Assembly: GCA_963793825.1 (NCBI GenBank)
Contig: CAWCBE010000009.1
Coordinates: forward strand, 11,356 to 75,355
DNA from: an uncultured Actinomycetes bacterium
Lineage (GTDB): Bacteria > Actinomycetota > Actinomycetes > Streptosporangiales > Streptosporangiaceae
Direction of reading: 5' to 3'
Length of the DNA: 64,000 nucleotides
This document shows positions 1 to 8,606 of this stretch, one piece after another (the first letter of the stretch is position 1; every line of letters begins with the position of its first letter). Under the pieces are notes generated by a model. The model searched no databases. It saw only the letters and a list, made by a program, of their open reading frames with translations, and was not told the origin of the DNA. Made by a program: the position numbers and the translations under genes.

Positions 1-1082
1 CCCGGGCTGCCGGCCCGGGCCTTCGCCTTGTGCTTAGCGTGCCCTGACCCAGCCTTGGTCACGGTCGGCCCGGGGTGGGTGGACGGGACCGCTGAGGTCC
101 GGACGGGCGTGGCCGGCCCGGCGGAGTGATGCATCTCATGAGCGGCCAGGGCCACTCCGCCGCCGATGACCAGCACCCCGACGGCCAACCCGGCGGCCAC
201 CGGGAGCAGCCGGGCCCGGGAGGACCGCACCACCGGCGGATCGATCGCGACCGGGAAGCCCGCGCGGTTGAACGCCTCCGCCCGGCTGGCCACCGCCACG
301 CAGTACTCGGAGGCGTCCGGTGACTGGTCGGTGAGCAGCTGGACAATCTCGTAACGCAGCCCAGCGGGCAGATGGGAGACGGGCAGTACCTGGAGCATGG
401 AGACCGGGTCGACCTGGTGCCGCTGGGCCGGCTGGCAGATGGGGCACGAGCCGATGTGCTGCCGCACCTGGTTGCCGACCGACTCGGTCAGCTCCTGGTC
501 CCAGCCGCGCAGGATCTCGGACAGCTGCGGGCACGAGCCCTCCCCGGTCCGGGCCATCAGCAGCGCGCCGAGCGCCGTCTCGAACCGCTGCCGGGCGCCG
601 GACTCCAGCGCCTCGGCGCCGCCAGTCGGCACGCCCAGCACGTCCGCGAGGTCGCGGCCGTGCAGGCCATGCCGCAGGCTCAGCTCAACGATCTCCTGGT
701 CGGCAGCACTCAGCCCGGCCAGTGCCGACAAGACCAGCTCGCGGTCCTCCGCCTGCTGCAGGGCGGTGCCAAAGTTGACGGTCTCCTCGCCGACCACCGG
801 GTCCTCGGCGACCTGGACCACATCCCGCCCCGGCAACTGGCGGCGGCACTCGTTCCGGGCTACCGCGTACAGCCAGGGGCCGAGCCGGGACCGGTCCCGC
901 AGCCTGCCCAGCTTGGCCGCGGCGATGATGAACGTGGCCTTGACCGCGTCGGCCGCCACCACCGGGTCATGCAGCTGTGACTGGCAGTACGCATACAATG
1001 ACTCGGCGTAGTGGTCATAGGCGGCCACCAGCGCAGCGGGCTCACCCGCGACGATCCCTCCAACTATCTCCCCGTCACCCAC
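1..1082 (-). CDS. ECF-type sigma-70 factor fused to a C-terminal zinc-finger anti-sigma-like segment and a transmembrane extension. Partial: the 3' end runs off the window.
   Basis: My own minus-strand translation from GTG at 1080-1082 stays open to position 1. The ORF is absent from the track because no stop lies in the window. Region 2-like: LVAAYDHYAESLYAYCQSQL...LGPWLYAVARNECRR. Region 4-like: LSAADQEIVELSLRHGLHGRDLADVLGV. Then HIGSCPIC (HxxxCxxC) and a hydrophobic stretch LLPVAAGLAVGVLVIGGGVALAA. Confidence 0.7.
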   Translation of the reverse strand, partial: MGDGEIVGGIVAGEPAALVAAYDHYAESLYAYCQSQLHDPVVAADAVKATFIIAAAKLGRLRDRSRLGPWLYAVARNECRRQLPGRDVVQVAEDPVVGEETVNFGTALQQAEDRELVLSALAGLSAADQEIVELSLRHGLHGRDLADVLGVPTGGAEALESGARQRFETALGALLMARTGEGSCPQLSEILRGWDQELTESVGNQVRQHIGSCPICQPAQRHQVDPVSMLQVLPVSHLPAGLRYEIVQLLTDQSPDASEYCVAVASRAEAFNRAGFPVAIDPPVVRSSRARLLPVAAGLAVGVLVIGGGVALAAHEMHHSAGPATPVRTSAVPSTHPGPTVTKAGSGHAKHKAKARAGSP

Positions 1083-1317
1083 GTGACCACGCTATGACGT
1101 CCTGCGGCTTTTCGGACGCAGTTGGCTTAATCGCCGGTGAACCGGGCATCTTGCCCGCCGCTGGCGCGCTCATCACCCTCCCAGCCGGATGGATACCGGG
1201 ACCGTCGCACTGCCCAGGAGCGGTATGGAGGACCGCCGGGCAGCAGGCCGGCCAGGGCGGACATACGCCCAACACCTGCTGGCCGGCTCTCCGGCCGGCC
1301 GTGTGGCGGCCCTCCCA

Positions 1318-1447
1318 GGGGCGGGGCCGGTGGCCCGCAGGGGCGCCGGCCGGCCCGCTCCGTCTCCCGGCCGGGCCGCGAACCGGGGGCGGGGCCGGTG
1401 GCCCGCGGGCCACCGGCCGGCCCGCTCCCGTCTCCCGGCCCGGCCGC
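1318..1447. repeat. Tandem repeat, about 68 bp x 2 (ggggcggggccggtggcccgc...cccgctcc(c)gtctcccggcc)
   Basis: Direct reading. Copies start at 1318 and 1386. They lie in a 645-bp stretch (1083-1727) with no convincing ORF; only Pro/Arg/Gly-rich shadow frames are present. Confidence 0.8.
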
Positions 1448-1538
1448 CCACCGGTGGCCTGGTCGGCCCGCCCCAAGCCCCGGCCGCGCAGCACTGGCCT
1501 GCCCGGCCGCCCCAGCCCGGCCGGCGACCGGAAATGTC

Positions 1539-1642
1539 GTTAACCGGAATACCATCCGGGTACCATCCGCCGGGCTCCTGGCACGTTTCCCGGAATACCT
1601 CCCCCGGTTTACCGGATACCCCGCACGGGTTTACCGGAATGG
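1539..1642 (+). promoter_or_regulatory. Four direct copies of a GTTTACCGGAAT-like box upstream of the 1728 ORF; candidate regulator-binding array
   Basis: gttaaccggaatacc (1539), gtttcccggaatacc (1585), gtttaccggatacc (1606), gtttaccggaatgg (1628). The last three are spaced about 21-22 bp apart. Confidence 0.3.
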
Positions 1643-1727
1643 ACAGGCACCCGCGCTACGGCGCTGTCCGCCCAGGTGAACCGCGGTCACCAGGAGTGAG
1701 CCACGGATAATGCGGCTTGCCGGATGA

Positions 1728-2105
1728 ATGACAACCGATCTACTCTCATGCTTATCGCGCCGGCCCCGAATGCCGCCGCTTCGCCCGGACGACGAGGAGC
1801 CGCCCAATGAGCGATTGCCCGGTCCGCGAGCCTGGCGCGGCGCAACGGGCGGACACGGCGGCGCGGCGCGGCCCGGCCCACAGCCGCGGCGCCCCGCGGG
1901 CGCCGGCGGCTGGGCCACCGGGCTCATCGGCCAGCACCCGGGCGCGGCCAACGCGCTCATTGCGACCGGGCAACTCCTGCTGGCCCCCGGCATCGCCTGG
2001 CGGCCGGCCGTCCGGGTGGCCCTGGCCGCGTCGGTGGCCTGGGCGCTGGGCGGCTGGTGGCTCGGCGAGGGCCTCGGCGGGGTGCTGAGCCGGGCGGCGG
2101 CATGA
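1728..2105 (+). CDS. Hypothetical small membrane protein. The start is uncertain and the gene may be a truncated remnant.
   Basis: Track ORF. Only the C-terminal half looks protein-like (ALIATGQLLLAPGIAWRPAVRVALAASVAWALGGWWLGEGLGGVL). Its stop overlaps the next start as ATGA at 2102-2105. Confidence 0.35.
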   Translation: MTTDLLSCLSRRPRMPPLRPDDEEPPNERLPGPRAWRGATGGHGGAARPGPQPRRPAGAGGWATGLIGQHPGAANALIATGQLLLAPGIAWRPAVRVALAASVAWALGGWWLGEGLGGVLSRAAA

Positions 2106-2896
2106 CCGGGCCGTCCTGGCTGGCCGACGGCTTCGCCGGGCTGATGCTCCTTACCGCGGTTTACTGCGCTGGCCGCCTGGCCGCCGCCCGCATCCAGCGG
2201 CGGCCCACCGAGCGCGACGTGGACTTGGTGCACGCGCTGATGGGCGTGGCCATGGCCGGGTTGCTGACGCCATGGATCGGCCTGCGCCCAGCCGGCCTGT
2301 GGACCGGCCTGTGGGCCGTGGTGTTCGCCGCGGCCACCGGCTGGTTCGCGTGGCGGGCTGGACTGGCCTGGTGGCTGGCCCGCCGTCCGGTACCGTCGGC
2401 CGGCCACCGCCTGCCGCACCTGATCATGTCCGGTGCCATGGTCTACATACTGCTGGCCGGCCATGCGGCGGTCAGCGCGCCTGGCGCCGCGACGGGCGGC
2501 ACCGGGGCCCGCTTCCCGCTGCTGGCCATCATCCTGGCCCAGTTCATGGCCGGCTATGTGCTGTGGGCCACCGACCGGCTGGCCGTCCTCGTCCCCGTGC
2601 GGAACTGGCGGGCCCTCGTCCGCCCGGCCGCCGTCCCGGCCGATCCCGCCGCCCTGGCCGTGTCCGCCGTCCCGGCTGCCCACGCCGGGGCCCCGGCTAT
2701 CCCGGGCCCGGCCGCCGCCGCGGGCGAAGCCGTCCCGGACGCGGCCGCCGCCGGTGCAGCCGTCCGGGACGCGGCCGCCGCCGGTGCAGCCGTCCCGGAC
2801 GCCACGCCCCGGCCGCCCCTTTCTCCCCGCCTCGCCGCGTGCTGCACCATCGCGACAGGCCTCGCCATGGGCTACATGCTGGTTTTGGCCCGGTAG
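2102..2896 (+). CDS. Polytopic membrane protein, DUF5134-like, with a repetitive Ala/Pro-rich C-terminal region
   Basis: ATG at 2102 within track ORF 2057..2896. Several hydrophobic helices (GLMLLTAVYCAGRLAAA, VHALMGVAMAGLL, LWAVVFAAATGWFAW, LIMSGAMVYILLAG, LLAIILAQFMAGYVLW). The family name is recalled, not searched. Confidence 0.55.
   Translation: MTGPSWLADGFAGLMLLTAVYCAGRLAAARIQRRPTERDVDLVHALMGVAMAGLLTPWIGLRPAGLWTGLWAVVFAAATGWFAWRAGLAWWLARRPVPSAGHRLPHLIMSGAMVYILLAGHAAVSAPGAATGGTGARFPLLAIILAQFMAGYVLWATDRLAVLVPVRNWRALVRPAAVPADPAALAVSAVPAAHAGAPAIPGPAAAAGEAVPDAAAAGAAVRDAAAAGAAVPDATPRPPLSPRLAACCTIATGLAMGYMLVLAR
2711..2800. repeat. 30-bp tandem repeat x3 inside the 3' part of the DUF5134-like CDS
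   Basis: gcggccgccgccggtgcagccgtcc(c/g)ggac at 2741-2770 and 2771-2800, plus a diverged copy at 2711-2740. It encodes AAAAGEAVPD/AAAAGAAVRD/AAAAGAAVPD. Confidence 0.85.
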
Positions 2897-2899
2897 CCG

Positions 2900-3032
2900 C
2901 CCGCTCAGGACCGGCCCCGCTCAGGACCGGCCCCGCTCAGGACCGGCCGCGCTCAGGCACCGGCCCCGCTCAGGCACCGGCCCCGCTCAGGCACCGGCCG
3001 CGCTCAGGACCCGGCCGCGCTCAGGACCCGGC
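2900..3032. repeat. 16-17-bp tandem repeat x8 ((c/g)cgctcagg(c)acc(c)ggcc) filling a convergent intergenic region
   Basis: Direct reading. The array starts 4 bp after the TAG at 2894-2896. Its last unit contains the photolyase stop (tca at 3021-3023). Confidence 0.9.
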
Positions 3033-4430
3033 GGCGGCCGCCACCCGGTAGCGGTCCAGCGCGGCCTGCCGCGCCTCCTTGTGATCCACGATCGGGCCCG
3101 GGTAGTCAGCCCCGATCCGGCAGCCCGCCCGCTCCTGCTCCTCAGCTGGCATCCGCCACGGCTCGGCCAGGTACTGATCCGGAACCCGGGCCAGCTCAGG
3201 CAGGTACCTGCGGACATACCGGCCGTCCGGGTCGAATCGTGCCTGCTGGAGTGCCGGGTTGTAGATCCGGCGGAACGCGGGCTGCGGGTCCACGCCGACC
3301 GAGGCGATCCACTGCCAGTTCCCGTTGTTACTGGCCTGGTCGCCGTCGAGCAGCAGGCGCATGAACCAGGCCTCGCCGCGCCGCCAGTCGATGCCGAGGT
3401 CCTTGGTCAGGAACGAGCCCGCCAGCAGCCGCACCCGGTTGTGCATCCAGCCTTCCCGGCGCAACTGGCGCATGCCCGCGTCCACCAGCGGGAACCCGGT
3501 CCTGCCCGCGGCCCATGCGGTGAACGCCGCGTCGTCGCCGGACCAGGCCAGCGTGCCGCGGTAGCGCGGCTGGAACTCCTGCCGCGAATTCCCCGGGTGG
3601 TGGACCAGGACATGCTGGTAGAAGTCGCGCCAGCACAGCTGGCGGCGGAATGCCTCGGCGCCCTCCCCCGGCGGCAGGGCCGCTTCCACGGCGCGCGGCG
3701 ACAGGCAGCCGAAGCGCAGGTACGGGGACAGCCGGGACGAGGCGTCCGCGCCGGCCTGGTCGCGGCCGGAGTCGTAACCGAGCACCGCGCCGCCGGTGAA
3801 CCCGGCCAGCCGGGCCAGCCCGGCGCTCTCCCCGCCCCGGGCGGGCTCCGCCACTTCCTGCTCCAGCCCCAGGCTGGCCAGTGACGGGATCCGGCCGTGC
3901 CGGGTCTTCGGGGGCATGTTGACCCGCTGGGGGGCGTCGAGGACCGGGCGCCGCCGCAGGCCGGCCCAGGTGCGGTAGAAGGGGGTGAACACGGTGTAGG
4001 GGCGGCCCTGCCCGGTCAGGATCCCACGCACGTCGTCGGCCACGCTGACCCCGGGGTGCGCGTGGCCGGTCACCCCGGCCCCCGCCAGGGCGGCGCGCAC
4101 CCGGCGGCCGCGGGTGGCCTCGTACGGGCTCGGGTCGCCGCTGAGATGCACCTCAGCGGCCCCGGTCGCCGCGGCCACCGCAGGCAGTTCCCGCTCGGGC
4201 GGCCCGTGCCTGATCACCAGCCGCGCGCCGCGGTCGGCTAGCTGCCCGTCCAGGTCGGCCAGGCACTCGAGCAGGAACGCGGTACGCGAACCCGACGCGT
4301 GCCGGCCGTGCAGCAGCCGGTCGTCCAGGCAGAACACCGGCACGACCTGGTCATGCGCCTCCAGCGCGGCGCACAGCGCCGGATGGTCGTGCACCCGCAG
4401 GTCACGGCGGAACCAGACAAGGGCAACCAT
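3021..4430 (-). CDS. phr: Deoxyribodipyrimidine photolyase / cryptochrome family
   Basis: 469-aa track ORF. N-terminus LVWFRRDLRVHDHPAL, ...TVFTPFYRTW..., C-terminal FAD-binding-type WMHNRVRLLAGSFLTKDL...DGDQASNNGNWQW. Confidence 0.9.
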   Translation of the reverse strand: MVALVWFRRDLRVHDHPALCAALEAHDQVVPVFCLDDRLLHGRHASGSRTAFLLECLADLDGQLADRGARLVIRHGPPERELPAVAAATGAAEVHLSGDPSPYEATRGRRVRAALAGAGVTGHAHPGVSVADDVRGILTGQGRPYTVFTPFYRTWAGLRRRPVLDAPQRVNMPPKTRHGRIPSLASLGLEQEVAEPARGGESAGLARLAGFTGGAVLGYDSGRDQAGADASSRLSPYLRFGCLSPRAVEAALPPGEGAEAFRRQLCWRDFYQHVLVHHPGNSRQEFQPRYRGTLAWSGDDAAFTAWAAGRTGFPLVDAGMRQLRREGWMHNRVRLLAGSFLTKDLGIDWRRGEAWFMRLLLDGDQASNNGNWQWIASVGVDPQPAFRRIYNPALQQARFDPDGRYVRRYLPELARVPDQYLAEPWRMPAEEQERAGCRIGADYPGPIVDHKEARQAALDRYRVAAAAGS

Positions 4431-4487
4431 GAGGGCCGAGGATAAGCGCTGTTACTCGGCCGGGGGGCGCGGGGTACTCCGCCAGGG

Positions 4488-5273
4488 CTAGCGGAGCTCG
4501 AGGTCGACGACGACGGGCGCATGGTCGGACGGCCCGGTGCCCTTGCGCGCCTCCCGGTCGATGTACGCGTCGGTGACCGCCCCGGCCAGCGGCGCGGTGG
4601 CCAGCACCAGGTCGATGCGCATGCCCATGCCCTTGTGGAACATGCCCGCCCGGTAGTCCCAGTAGGTGAACGGCCGGCCCTTGAGCGCCCGGGCCGGGAC
4701 GTCGGTGAGCCCGAGGTCCAGCAGGCCGGCCAGGGCGGCCCGCTCCTCCGGGGTGACATGGGTGGAGCCGGTGAAGGCGGCCGGGTCCCACACGTCGTCG
4801 TCGTGCGGCGCGATGTTGAAGTCCCCGCACACGGCGAGCCGGGTAGCGCCGCCGCCCGGGCTGAGCTCGGCGGCGAGCGCGCCGCGCAGGGCCGCCAGCC
4901 AGGACAGCTTGTAGGCCAGGTGCGGGCTGTCCAGGGCCCGGCCGTTCGGCACGTACACCGACCACACCCGGCAGCCCGCGCAGGTGGCCGAGATGGCCCG
5001 GGCCTCCGGATCGGGGAAGCCCGGCTCGCCGGGAAAACCGCGGTGCACGTCATCCAGGCCGGCCCGGGACAGGATGGCCACCCCGTTCCAGCGGCCGCTC
5101 CCGTGCAGCGCGGCCTCGTAGCCGAGTTCGCCGACCTCCTTGACCGGGAAGCCGGCGTCGGGGGCCTTGGTCTCCTGCAGGCACAGCACGTCCGGCTTGA
5201 CGTCGGCCAGCCAGCCGAGCAGCCGGGGCAGCCGCGCCTGCACCGAGTTGACGTTCCAGGTGGCCAGACGCAT
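4488..5273 (-). CDS. xthA: Exodeoxyribonuclease III (AP endonuclease, EEP fold)
   Basis: 261-aa track ORF: MRLATWNVNSV...DVLCLQETK...GDFNIAPHDDDV...YWDYR...RIDLVL...SDHAPVVVDL. Confidence 0.9.
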   Translation of the reverse strand: MRLATWNVNSVQARLPRLLGWLADVKPDVLCLQETKAPDAGFPVKEVGELGYEAALHGSGRWNGVAILSRAGLDDVHRGFPGEPGFPDPEARAISATCAGCRVWSVYVPNGRALDSPHLAYKLSWLAALRGALAAELSPGGGATRLAVCGDFNIAPHDDDVWDPAAFTGSTHVTPEERAALAGLLDLGLTDVPARALKGRPFTYWDYRAGMFHKGMGMRIDLVLATAPLAGAVTDAYIDREARKGTGPSDHAPVVVDLELR

Positions 5274-5291
5274 GATGAGCGCTCCCCCGGC

Positions 5292-6287
5292 TCAGGCGTT
5301 CGCGTGCAGGATGGTGTTCAGCGCGATGCCGCCGCCCGCCCGCGGGGTGACCCGGACCGCCCCGCTCTGCGAGTCGCGCCGCCACAGCAGGCCGGGCCGG
5401 CCGGACAGTTCCCTGGCCTTGACCACCCGCCCGTCCGGCAGCGCGACCTTGGTGCCCGCGGTGACGTACAGGCCCGCCTCGACCACGCAGTCGTCGCCCA
5501 GCGAGATGCCGATCCCGGCATTCGCGCCGATCAGGCAGCGCTCGCCGACCGAGATGATCTCCTTGCCACCGCCGGACAGCGTGCCCATGATGGACGCCCC
5601 GCCGCCGACGTCGGAGCCGTCGCCGACGACCACCCCGGCCGAGATGCGGCCCTCCACCATGGAGGCACCCAGGGTGCCCGCGTTGAAGTTGACGAAGCCC
5701 TCGTGCATCACGGTGGTGCCGTCGGCCAGGTGCGCGCCGAGCCGGACCCGGTCGGCGTCCGCGATCCGCACCCCGGCCGGCAGCACGTAGTCGGCCATCC
5801 TGGGGAACTTGTCCACCCCATAGACGGTGACCGGGCCCCGCTGCCGCAACCGGAGCCGGGCCTGCTCGAAGCCCGGCACCGGGCAGGGCCCGTGGTTGGT
5901 CCAGGCCACATTGGCCAGCAGCCCGAAGATGCCGTCCAGGTTGCAGCCGTGCGGCCGGATCAGGCGGCTGGACAGCAGGTGCAACCGGAGGTAGGCGTCG
6001 TGCGCGTCGGCCGGCGCGGCGTCCAGGCGGCCGATCGTGGTACGCACCGCGATCACCTCGACGCCGCGGGCCGGGTCGGGGCCGAGCAGGCTGGCCGCGT
6101 CCGGCCCGAGTTCCCCGGCCGCTTCCGCCGCCGACAGCCTGGCCGTGCCGCCCGCCGCTCCGGCCCTGGTCAGCTGCGGGGCCGGGAACCAGGTGTCCAG
6201 CACGGTCTGGCCGGCCACGGTGGCCAGGCCGGCCCCGGCCGCCCCGGGCGGCGGGGAATCCATCTCAGGCTCAGTCACGGCCCACAT
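5292..6287 (-). CDS. dapD: 2,3,4,5-tetrahydropyridine-2,6-dicarboxylate N-succinyltransferase (actinobacterial DapD type)
   Basis: C-terminal 332 aa of track ORF 5292..6992, starting at ATG 6287 (alternative ATG at 6263). Hexapeptide-repeat region [58 protein letters not shown]. Confidence 0.85.
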   Translation of the reverse strand: MWAVTEPEMDSPPPGAAGAGLATVAGQTVLDTWFPAPQLTRAGAAGGTARLSAAEAAGELGPDAASLLGPDPARGVEVIAVRTTIGRLDAAPADAHDAYLRLHLLSSRLIRPHGCNLDGIFGLLANVAWTNHGPCPVPGFEQARLRLRQRGPVTVYGVDKFPRMADYVLPAGVRIADADRVRLGAHLADGTTVMHEGFVNFNAGTLGASMVEGRISAGVVVGDGSDVGGGASIMGTLSGGGKEIISVGERCLIGANAGIGISLGDDCVVEAGLYVTAGTKVALPDGRVVKARELSGRPGLLWRRDSQSGAVRVTPRAGGGIALNTILHANA

Positions 6288-6322
6288 GCTAGCCGCCGGC
6301 CACCGGCCGGGGGCTGCCCCGG

Positions 6323-6992
6323 TCAGGCGCCGCGGTTGACGGCCGGGCCCGGAGCCAGGTCCGGCCGGGTCATCGTGAAACGGGCTTCGACCTGGCCGCG
6401 GACGACCTGCTTGGCGGGCTCCAGGTCGAACTGCGGCGCTGTGTCGCCGGCCTGCATGCCCGCTGAGAGGGCGGCCGCGGCCCGGAACGGGTGCCGAACC
6501 CGCGGAGGCTCGGCCAGCAGTTCCTGGTCGGCGATCTCCACCAGCCCGGTCACCCGGCCGCCGAAGGCGTCGGCGTAGTCGCGGGCGCGGTCCAGCGCGT
6601 CGGCGGCGGCCGCCCGCCGCGCCTCCTGGCGCACCGGGCTGCCCGGGCGCAGCTGCCACCAGGGCCCGGTCACCGTGACCTGCTCGATCCCGGCCGTGCG
6701 GATGACCAGGTCGCCGAGAATCCCGAAGTCGCGGACGGTGACCTCGAGCCCGCCCCGGGCCTGGTAACCCGCGACCCGCTCCCGGGGGCGGTTGTCCTTG
6801 AGCACCGGGGCCACGCCGGCCGCTGGCCAGCTTCTCCACGGCCTCGCCGTACGCCTTGACCACGGCGAGCACCTCCGCGTTCCGCGCGGCGAGCAGGTGC
6901 AGCGCGCGGCCCCGGTCCTTGTCGCTGGCCATCACGCCGATGTGCACGACGGCGATCTCCGGGTCAACCTCGAGGACTGCCGCCCCCCGCAC
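6323..6992 (-). pseudogene. SIMPL/DUF541-like protein gene split by a 1-nt frame change near 6815-6830
   Basis: The N-terminal part is in the frame of ORF 5292..6992 ([57 protein letters not shown]). The C-terminal part is in ORF 6323..6814 ([30 protein letters not shown]...). The junction lies in ...agcggccggcgtggcc.... Confidence 0.6.
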
Positions 6993-7088
6993 CGAGATCA
7001 GTGGTTCCGCGCTCGTGTGCCCTCCTCCGTGACCGGGGCGGCGTCCGTGACCGGGGCAGCGTCCGTGACCGGGGCAGCGGCGATGGGG

Positions 7089-8529
7089 TCAGTCGCCGAG
7101 CTCGGTGCGGCGGCGGGCCACGAAGTCGTCGAGCTCGGCGCGGATCGCGTCGTCCAGCGGCGGCGGCTGGTACTCCTCCAGCGTCTTGGCGCAGATCTCG
7201 CCGGCCCGGGCGGTGGCGTCCTTGGCGCCGAGCCGGACCCAGCGCTCGTAGTTGGCGGTGGAGGACAGCAGCGGCCGGTAGAAGCACTCCCGGAACCGCT
7301 CCATGGTGTGCTGCGCGCCGAGGAAGTGCCCGCCGTGGCCGACCTCCTCGTGCGCGCCGAACGCCAGCGACTCCTCGTCGATCTCCAGCGGGGTGAACTC
7401 GACCCGCAGCATGCGCAGCAGCTCGATGTCGATGATGAACTTCTCGTAGCAGCTGACCAGGCCGCCCTCCAGCCACCCGGCGGCGTGCATGACGAAGTTG
7501 GTGCCGGCCAGGAACGTGGGCAGCAGGGTCATCAGCGACTCGTAGGCGGCCTGCGCGTCCGCGGTCTGGCTGGAGTTCAGCCCGCCGCCGGTGCGGAACG
7601 GCAGCCCGAAGTGCCGGGCCAGCTGGCCGGTGGCGAGCAGCCCGATGGCGGACTCCGGGGTGCCGAAGCTGGGCGAGCCGGACTGCATGTCGATGTTGGA
7701 CAGGAACGAGCCGAAGATCACCGGGCAGCCGGGCCGGATCAGCTGGGCCAGCGCGATGCCGGACAGCGCCTCGGCCAGCTGCTGCACCAGCGCGGCCGGG
7801 ATGGACACCGGGGACATCGCGCCCATCAGCAGGAACGGGGTCAGCACCACGGCCTGGTTGGCGGCGCAGTACTCGAACTGGGCGTCCAGCATCCGGTCGT
7901 CCCAGCGCAGCGGGGAGTTGCAGTTGATCAGCGAGATCGTGGCCGGCACGGCCTCGATGGCGGCCCGCCCGCCGAACAGGATCTCGGTCATCGCGATGGT
8001 GTCCGCCGCGTTCGGCCCGGACACCACGTTGCCCATGAAGATCTTGTCGGTCACGGTCTCCAGGGCGTAGATCATGTCCAGGTGCCGCGAGTCGAGCGGC
8101 GCGTCGTTCGGCTCGCAGATCACGCCGCCCGGCCGTGTCCAGCTGCGGGAACGACTGGGCCAGCATGCCCAGCCGCCGGAAGTCGTCCAGGGTCGCGTCC
8201 CGGCGGACGTCGCCCTCGCGGATGAACGGCGACCCGTAGACCCCGCCGAACACCATCTGGTCGCCGCCGATGTGCACCGTGTTGGCCGGGTTGCGGGCCT
8301 GCACGTCGAACTCCCGCGGCGCCTTGGCCACCTGCTCCAGCACGAACTCGGGGTCGAGGAAGACGACCTCGCCGTCGGTCTTCTGGCCGGCCTGGCGGAA
8401 CAGCTCCACCGCCTCGGGCTTGGCGAACTGCACGCCGATCTCCGAGACGATCCGCCGCCAGCCCCGGTCCAGGACGCCGATCGCGTCCGGCGACAGGATC
8501 TCGTAGCGCGGCATGGTGTTGCGGAACAT
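7089..8529 (-). pseudogene. MttB-superfamily (trimethylamine methyltransferase-like, non-Pyl type) corrinoid methyltransferase, split by a 1-nt frame change at about 8128-8130
   Basis: N-terminal about 135 aa in the frame of ORF 6964..8574, from ATG 8529 with GAGGTGG 6 nt upstream: MFRNTMPRYEILSPDAIGVLDRGW...LGMLAQSFPQLDTAG. The remaining 344 aa are ORF 7089..8123 (ICEPNDAPLDSRHLDMIYAL...). Removing one C from ccc 8128-8130 joins them as ...LDTAGGVICEPND.... Confidence 0.8.
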
Positions 8530-8585
8530 CGCCACCTCGTTCTTGACCCTCTCCGGACCCCTCCGTAACATCACATCGTAGAACA

Positions 8586-8606
8586 GAGTTCCGTAACATG
8601 GAACTC
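8586..8606. promoter_or_regulatory. Inverted repeat GAGTTCC-N7-GGAACTC in the mttB-like/iclR divergent region; candidate IclR operator
   Basis: Direct reading. The flanking direct repeat tccgtaacat occurs twice (about 8562 and about 8590). Confidence 0.3.

Noticed and set aside
1083-1727. Pro/Arg/Gly-rich ORFs (1137..1679, 1189..1710, 1075..1494, 1127..1555) as real proteins.
   Set aside because: All six frames are open over the same repeat-rich stretch. The translations are low-complexity and overlap one another. No start context or motif supports any of them.
2900-3032. Possible CRISPR arrays, considered for this and the other regularly spaced repeat arrays (12959-13030, 43512-43710, 46808-46931, 52001-52060).
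   Set aside because: The units are directly adjacent with no unique spacers. Unit lengths are 9-60 bp, there are no cas genes in the window, and several arrays lie inside CDSs. These are plain tandem repeats.
8120-8135. The frame break in the MttB homologue as a programmed frameshift or a pyrrolysine-related recoding site.
   Set aside because: There is no in-frame TAG in this gene, and I see no slippery heptamer or downstream structure. Identical-looking single-base breaks occur in at least 9 unrelated genes, so a generic indel (error or mutation) is the economical explanation.
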